DNA from: Archangiaceae bacterium
Lineage (GTDB): Bacteria > Myxococcota > Myxococcia > Myxococcales > Myxococcaceae
Direction of reading: 5' to 3'
DNA: 11,124 nt
Assembly (NCBI GenBank): GCA_043750125.1
Contig: JAYVCD010000328.1
Span: forward strand, 1 to 11,124
Position numbers and translations under genes: made by a program. Positions 6,889 to 11,124 of the stretch are shown one piece after another; positions within the stretch are counted from its first letter, which is position 1, and the number at the start of each line of letters is the position of its first letter. The notes beneath the pieces are model-generated. The model had not been told where the DNA came from. It worked only from the letters and a program-made list of their open reading frames with translations, and searched no databases.

Positions 6889-8360
6889 CCTTCGTGGGGC
6901 GCCGGTGGCATAGGGGGGCGCAACAGGGTTCGAAGGGCGAGCAGGAAGTCGTTGTCGACGAGGCTCACTGCCGCAGGCGACCCGCGAAGTGAAGCCGGCA
7001 CCTGTTCGGCGGCGAGCAACCCGGGACCCGCGCCACCGATCAACACCAGCGGAAGTCGAAGCTGGAAGCCGCAGAAGCGGGCGAGCTTCAGCGCGGGCTC
7101 GTCGTCTTCGAAGACCAGCGCACCGATCGCTCCGTGGCTGAAGGGGCGCCACAAGGGGCGGGCCGCTTCGGCGGTGGGCAGCAGGACGAAATCCACTTTC
7201 AAGGAATCCGTCAGGTCGAGTCGACCCAGAGTCCCAAAGCCGCTGCGCAGACAGCCCGGTTCGGTGGCGACCCCCGACAGGCCCGGCATCCCGCGCAACA
7301 GCACTCCTCCTGCCCGGGGGCCGACGACGATGATCTTGGCCACTACCGCCGATCGCGCCACCCTCCCCCGAAGCAGCCGTGCCCGTAACGCGTGCACTTC
7401 GGCGGCAGCGAGCACCGGCTCGGCGCCCCGCACTTTTCCGTCCCGCGGCGAGACCACGATTCGATCGAGCAGCGCATTGAGCGCCGAGAGCACCGCGAGA
7501 TCTGGAGCGTCGACCTGGTCGAGCACCTCGCGCAGCGTCCGCGGAGTTTGAAGCAGCGCCAGCACCGCTGCGGTCACCGGGTGAGGCGCGACCGGGCCCT
7601 CGGCCGAGGGCGACAGCGACACCAGGGTCGACAGCGGCGGAAGCAACGGCATCAGCCGGTCGCGTTCGTCGGACTGGTGGGCTCCTTCGAGCAGCGCGTC
7701 TTCCATCGAACGGTCGATTCGGGTGCGGGTGGGCGCCGGGCCGGGGTTGAAGGCGAAGCTGCCTTCCTTCCACCCCAACAGCCGGAACAGGGCCTTCTCG
7801 CCTTCGATCTCGCCCTCGCGCGCATTGACCGGCCGGCCGGCGCTGAGGCCAATCTCGCCCCGCTCTTGCCCGTTGACGATCACCAACCGGCCGGTGCGCT
7901 TGTTGGCGGCGAGGATCTGCAGCAGATCGGCGAGCGGAAGCTGAGACAACCCGCCTTCAATCTCGCGCGCATCGCCCTTGAGGCTGCGCGCGGCCTCGAC
8001 CCGCCGACAGAGGTGATCGATGCGCGAGAGGACCTCGTCGAGGTTGTAGGGCTTCTTCAAAAAACCTTCGCGCCAGGCTCGAAGCCGGTCGAGGTCCGCG
8101 TCGTGGGTGGTGAGCACGACCGGGATGTCGGAAGTGCGCGGATTCGAAGCGAGGATCTGGGCGTAGTTCTTCGCGTCGATCAGCGTGCACTGCTCGTCAT
8201 AGAGAATCACGTCGGGGTGCCGAAGCACGGCCACCTCGAGCGCCTTGCTCCCATCGGGTGCGTAGGTGACCTGGTAGCCCCGCTGCCGCAGCGCGCGCGT
8301 CAGGGGTCGCACCCCGGTGAGCTCAGGGTCTGCGATCAGAACTTTGCGTGCCTGGGCCAT
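6885..8360 (-). CDS. Response-regulator-like protein: REC + DUF4388 (PATAN-like) + wHTH-like segment + degenerate small-GTPase-like domain
   Basis: 491 aa. REC aa ~5-118 (KVLIADPE, PDVILYD55, PVVLTT, FLKKPY). DUF4388 aa ~134-232 (IEGGLSQLPLADLLQILAANKRTGRLVI...EGEKALFRLLGWKEGSFAF...DALLEGAHQSDE). Helical segment aa ~260-304. C-terminal alpha/beta domain aa ~340-481. Confidence 0.9.
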   Translation of the reverse strand: MAQARKVLIADPELTGVRPLTRALRQRGYQVTYAPDGSKALEVAVLRHPDVILYDEQCTLIDAKNYAQILASNPRTSDIPVVLTTHDADLDRLRAWREGFLKKPYNLDEVLSRIDHLCRRVEAARSLKGDAREIEGGLSQLPLADLLQILAANKRTGRLVIVNGQERGEIGLSAGRPVNAREGEIEGEKALFRLLGWKEGSFAFNPGPAPTRTRIDRSMEDALLEGAHQSDERDRLMPLLPPLSTLVSLSPSAEGPVAPHPVTAAVLALLQTPRTLREVLDQVDAPDLAVLSALNALLDRIVVSPRDGKVRGAEPVLAAAEVHALRARLLRGRVARSAVVAKIIVVGPRAGGVLLRGMPGLSGVATEPGCLRSGFGTLGRLDLTDSLKVDFVLLPTAEAARPLWRPFSHGAIGALVFEDDEPALKLARFCGFQLRLPLVLIGGAGPGLLAAEQVPASLRGSPAAVSLVDNDFLLALRTLLRPPMPPAPHEG

Positions 8361-8369
8361 CGCTTCGAT

Positions 8370-9779
8370 TCACCAGGGCTGAAGGTCGTACTCGTGCTGC
8401 AGCTGGGACACGAGCCCCTCGACGAGCGTGACATCAGAGCTGTGAAAGCCCCAGGTGAGCCCGCGCCCGCGGCGCTGCAGCAGGGCGTAGGCCGACCCAT
8501 CGCCCAGCCAGAGCAGAAACTGATGTCGATTGAGCCGCTCGTCACCCTCGAGAAATACCGGAGTCACGACCGGGTGGTCCGAGATGTCGGTGCGCCGGCC
8601 GAGGACGTAGACGGTCGCTCCCAGGTCGGGCGGAGCGTCGTCGAGCCCGAGGACGATCGGCAGATTGCTGCGAATCTCGGGGGTGCCGACGTAGAGCAAC
8701 CCGCGGGTCGACGGCTCGCGGGTCAGCTCGCGGGCGAGCTCGGTCTGCAGCTCGTCGTAGAGCACGTCAGCCACTTTTCCGCGGCGCGACGGCTCGCCGG
8801 GGGCTTCGGGCAGCCGGGGCGATCGCGAGTTGCCCAGCAGCAGGTCGACCTCGTCCCAGAAGGGAAGCCCGTCGAGCTTCAAGGCCACATGCAACGATTT
8901 GCGGCGCTCTTCCATGCGCTGCCGACAGCGAAGGATCAGCTCGTCGAAGTCGTCGCCGTCGCGTGGAAAGGTCGCCGCTCCGCCGGTGAGGCCGAAGGGA
9001 AGCTTCAGCTCGAGCGCCTTGCAGTCGGGATCCTCGCGGACCGTCGCGAGCGCGCGGCGCAGGAACATCAACCCGCCGAAGTAATCGGTCTCGGGCAGCA
9101 AGATGTGAAATTCCTGATCCGTCGCGCGGGCCACGACATCGGAATCCCGGATGATGGTGCTCATCACCCTCAAGGTGGCCTTCTGCGCGGCGCGGGCATC
9201 GGTTGCGCCCAGGCGGCCCCGAATCTGGGGAAGGTTGTCGAGACTGAAGGTGAGCAGTGAAAACGATCGTCCGTAGCGGCGCGCCTTGTAGATTTCCTTC
9301 GTCGCGTAGTCGGTGAAGTACGACAGCGTGTACGCGCTGGTCTCGCGATCGCGAAGCCCCTGGCGTTGCAGCGAGACCAGACGGGTGGCGGCGCGAACCG
9401 ACGCGGCGGCAAACTGGGCGAGCAGCTGCGAAGGCTGCAACACGTCATCGCCGAAGGACCCGGCCAAAGGGTCGGCCAGCTGCAGCAGACCGAGCACCTC
9501 TCCCCCGCCGATCAGCGGCACCAGCAGCGAGGTGCCCGCGCGCCACGGCAGCAGCTGAACCAGCGCGGGGTCGACCGTCTCGGGCAGCCCCCGGCGCTCG
9601 ATCAGCCCACGGAAGGCACGCAGCCGAAGCCCGGTGCGCTCGCCGCTGACCCACAGCGCCCCGCTCTGAGCGCCGCAGAGGTCTGCGAATTCCGAGAGGA
9701 TGGTTTCCTGCACCGCCTCGAGATCGCTGAGCGACGCCAACTGCAGGCACCGCTGCTCGAGGGGAACCCTCGCGGTCAC
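8370..9779 (-). CDS. GAF + degenerate GGDEF (intact RxxD I-site) + DICT-like domain protein
   Basis: Start placed at GTG 9779 (GTGA overlap with the dapF stop) rather than 9821, giving 469 aa. GAF-like N-terminus (SGALW...LRLRAFRG...SLLVPLIGGGEVLGLLQL...F...LLAQFAAASV). GGDEF fold (LRDRETSAY...EIYKARRYGRSFSLLTFSLD...IRDSDVVARATDQEFHILLPETD...GAATFPRDG). C-terminal ~170 aa extra domain. Confidence 0.9.
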   Translation of the reverse strand: MTARVPLEQRCLQLASLSDLEAVQETILSEFADLCGAQSGALWVSGERTGLRLRAFRGLIERRGLPETVDPALVQLLPWRAGTSLLVPLIGGGEVLGLLQLADPLAGSFGDDVLQPSQLLAQFAAASVRAATRLVSLQRQGLRDRETSAYTLSYFTDYATKEIYKARRYGRSFSLLTFSLDNLPQIRGRLGATDARAAQKATLRVMSTIIRDSDVVARATDQEFHILLPETDYFGGLMFLRRALATVREDPDCKALELKLPFGLTGGAATFPRDGDDFDELILRCRQRMEERRKSLHVALKLDGLPFWDEVDLLLGNSRSPRLPEAPGEPSRRGKVADVLYDELQTELARELTREPSTRGLLYVGTPEIRSNLPIVLGLDDAPPDLGATVYVLGRRTDISDHPVVTPVFLEGDERLNRHQFLLWLGDGSAYALLQRRGRGLTWGFHSSDVTLVEGLVSQLQHEYDLQPW

Positions 9780-10591
9780 AGCGTTCCTTCGAACACCTTT
9801 ACCGCCGGACCGCGCAGCCACACTTGCGAGCGATCAGCCGTCGCCTTGATTTCGAGAATGCCCCCGGGCAGCTGCACCGGAACCCAGGTGTCCCAGGCGA
9901 CGCGCCGGGCGATCGCGTGCGCCACGACGGCGGCGCAGGCGGCGGTACCACAGGCCTGGGTGAGGCCGACTCCGCGTTCCCAGACGGTGACCTGGAGCCC
10001 CCCTTCGGGCCGGGGTCGGCAGAAGGCGACGTTGGTGCGTTCGAGAAACAGGGGGTGGCGCTCGAGGCTCGGGCCCAGCTCGGCGGCGCGCTCGGGCCCG
10101 GTATCGAGCAAGACCAGATGGGGGTTGCCCATGCTCAGTGCGGTGCCGCGCACCCCGCCCACTTCCTGATCGACGAAGGGGCCGCCGTGAGGCAGATGAT
10201 CGGCCTCGAGGCGTGCGGGGCCCATCGCGACGGTGATGCGAGAGACTTCGGTGCCGGACCACTCGATTTCCGACGAGAGAATTCCCGCGCCGGTGCCGAC
10301 GCTGAGCTCGCGGGGGACGGGCGAGGACGACGAGCTCTCGGCCAGGTGCTTGACGACGCAGCGCAGCCCGTTGCCGCACATCTCGGCGGTCGAGCCGTCG
10401 GCGTTGTGCACCACCATTCGGCCGGCGATGCCGGTGGCGGGAAGAATGACGAGCACCCCGTCGGCGCCGATGCCCCGACGGCGATCACACCAGGCCTGTG
10501 CGGTCGCAGAGTCGATGTCGACTCCGCGCAGTCGCCGGTCGACGACGATGAAGTCGTTTCCCAGGCCGTGGTACTTGAAGAACCGCTCCAT
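9776..10591 (-). CDS. dapF: Diaminopimelate epimerase
   Basis: Start at ATG 10591 (TAATG overlap with the upstream stop), 271 aa. Motifs FFKYHGLGNDF, DRRRGIGADG, NADGSTAEMCGNGLRC, SMGNPH and VWERGVGLTQACGTAACA; both catalytic cysteines are present. Confidence 0.97.
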   Translation of the reverse strand: MERFFKYHGLGNDFIVVDRRLRGVDIDSATAQAWCDRRRGIGADGVLVILPATGIAGRMVVHNADGSTAEMCGNGLRCVVKHLAESSSSSPVPRELSVGTGAGILSSEIEWSGTEVSRITVAMGPARLEADHLPHGGPFVDQEVGGVRGTALSMGNPHLVLLDTGPERAAELGPSLERHPLFLERTNVAFCRPRPEGGLQVTVWERGVGLTQACGTAACAAVVAHAIARRVAWDTWVPVQLPGGILEIKATADRSQVWLRGPAVKVFEGTL

Positions 10592-11124
10592 TACATCGAC
10601 AGGCCGCCATCGACATCGATGGTACGGCCGTTGAAGTAGTCGCACTCGAGGATGAACTTCACTGCGACCCAGATGTCTTCGGGCAGGCCGATGCGCCCGA
10701 CTGGAATGTTCGCCACCAGCGCTTCGCGCGCCTTGGGGTTCATCCCCTGGGTCATCGGGGTCTCGATCATTCCCGGAGCGATCGCTCCGACCCGGATTCC
10801 GTAGGCTGCAAACTCGCGCGCCCAGGTGACGGTGTTGGACGCGAGCGCGGCTTTGGCCGAGACGTAGTTGCTCTGCCCCCGGTTTCCGTGGCGGGCGACC
10901 GACGACATGTTCACGATTACGCCCGGCTTGAGCTCTTTCTCGACCATCTTCGCGACCGTCTCACGGACCATCATCGTCGCGCCGGTGAGGTTGACGGCGA
11001 TGACCGCGTTCCACTGCTCGATCGACAGCTTGGTAATCGCGCCGGTGGTCCGGTCTTTCTTCACCAGCAGCCCGTCGCGCAGGATGCCGGCGTTGTTGAC
11101 GAGCCCGTTGAGGCCGCCCATCTG
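10591..11124 (-). CDS. Short-chain dehydrogenase/reductase, FabG-like 3-oxoacyl-ACP/CoA reductase; 5'-truncated by the window edge
   Basis: LVNNAGILRDG, VNLTG, IVNMSS, catalytic YxxxK (GQSNYVSAK), GIRVGAIAPGMIETPMT, IPVGRIG and VDGG. The N-terminal Rossmann GxxxGxG is absent and the frame stays open to the edge. Confidence 0.93.
   Translation of the reverse strand, partial: QMGGLNGLVNNAGILRDGLLVKKDRTTGAITKLSIEQWNAVIAVNLTGATMMVRETVAKMVEKELKPGVIVNMSSVARHGNRGQSNYVSAKAALASNTVTWAREFAAYGIRVGAIAPGMIETPMTQGMNPKAREALVANIPVGRIGLPEDIWVAVKFILECDYFNGRTIDVDGGLSM

Noticed and set aside
6670-7773. 367-aa minus-strand Arg/Ala/Gly-rich ORF
   Set aside because: Alternative frame of the REC-DUF4388 gene with low-complexity composition typical of off-frame GC-rich translation.
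7392-9260. 622-aa plus-strand ORF
   Set aside because: It is antisense to two well-supported genes and has no recognisable motifs. Long shadow ORFs are expected in high-GC DNA with strong codon bias.
8370-9779. Calling this gene an active diguanylate cyclase or a pseudogene
   Set aside because: The catalytic motifs are lost, so it is unlikely to be active. The frame is intact with a preserved I-site and tight coupling to its neighbours, so it is not a decayed gene.
1-11124. CRISPR array, tRNA/rRNA, IS/integrase, prophage or defence genes
   Set aside because: No regularly spaced direct repeats, RNA-gene signatures, terminal inverted repeats or relevant protein motifs were seen. Almost all of the window is accounted for by coding sequence of uniform composition.

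Overview
GC-rich, gene-dense bacterial window. The gene content (PEGA/TPR envelope protein, Kelch lipoprotein, REC-DUF4388 protein) suggests Myxococcota, by inference only. There are ten protein-coding genes in four blocks. (1) A minus-strand pair: a secreted TPR/PEGA protein with a C-terminal hydrophobic segment, coupled to a Kelch-repeat lipoprotein that runs off the left edge and is missing from the ORF track. (2) A plus-strand pair: a HAMP sensor histidine kinase coupled to an M16 zinc peptidase. (3) A TPR lipoprotein (-) and a small basic hypothetical protein (+), diverging from a very short spacer. (4) A tightly coupled minus-strand operon: FabG-like SDR (partial), dapF, a GAF / degenerate-GGDEF / DICT-like protein, and a REC / DUF4388 / degenerate small-GTPase-like protein. 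The last two genes are the most interesting. They look like a signalling module of two pseudo-enzymes: a probable c-di-GMP receptor with an intact I-site, and a receiver/PATAN-type protein ending in an apparently inactive MglA/CvnD-like G-domain. I saw no RNA genes, CRISPR arrays or mobile elements. All domain calls are by-eye motif recognition, not database hits.
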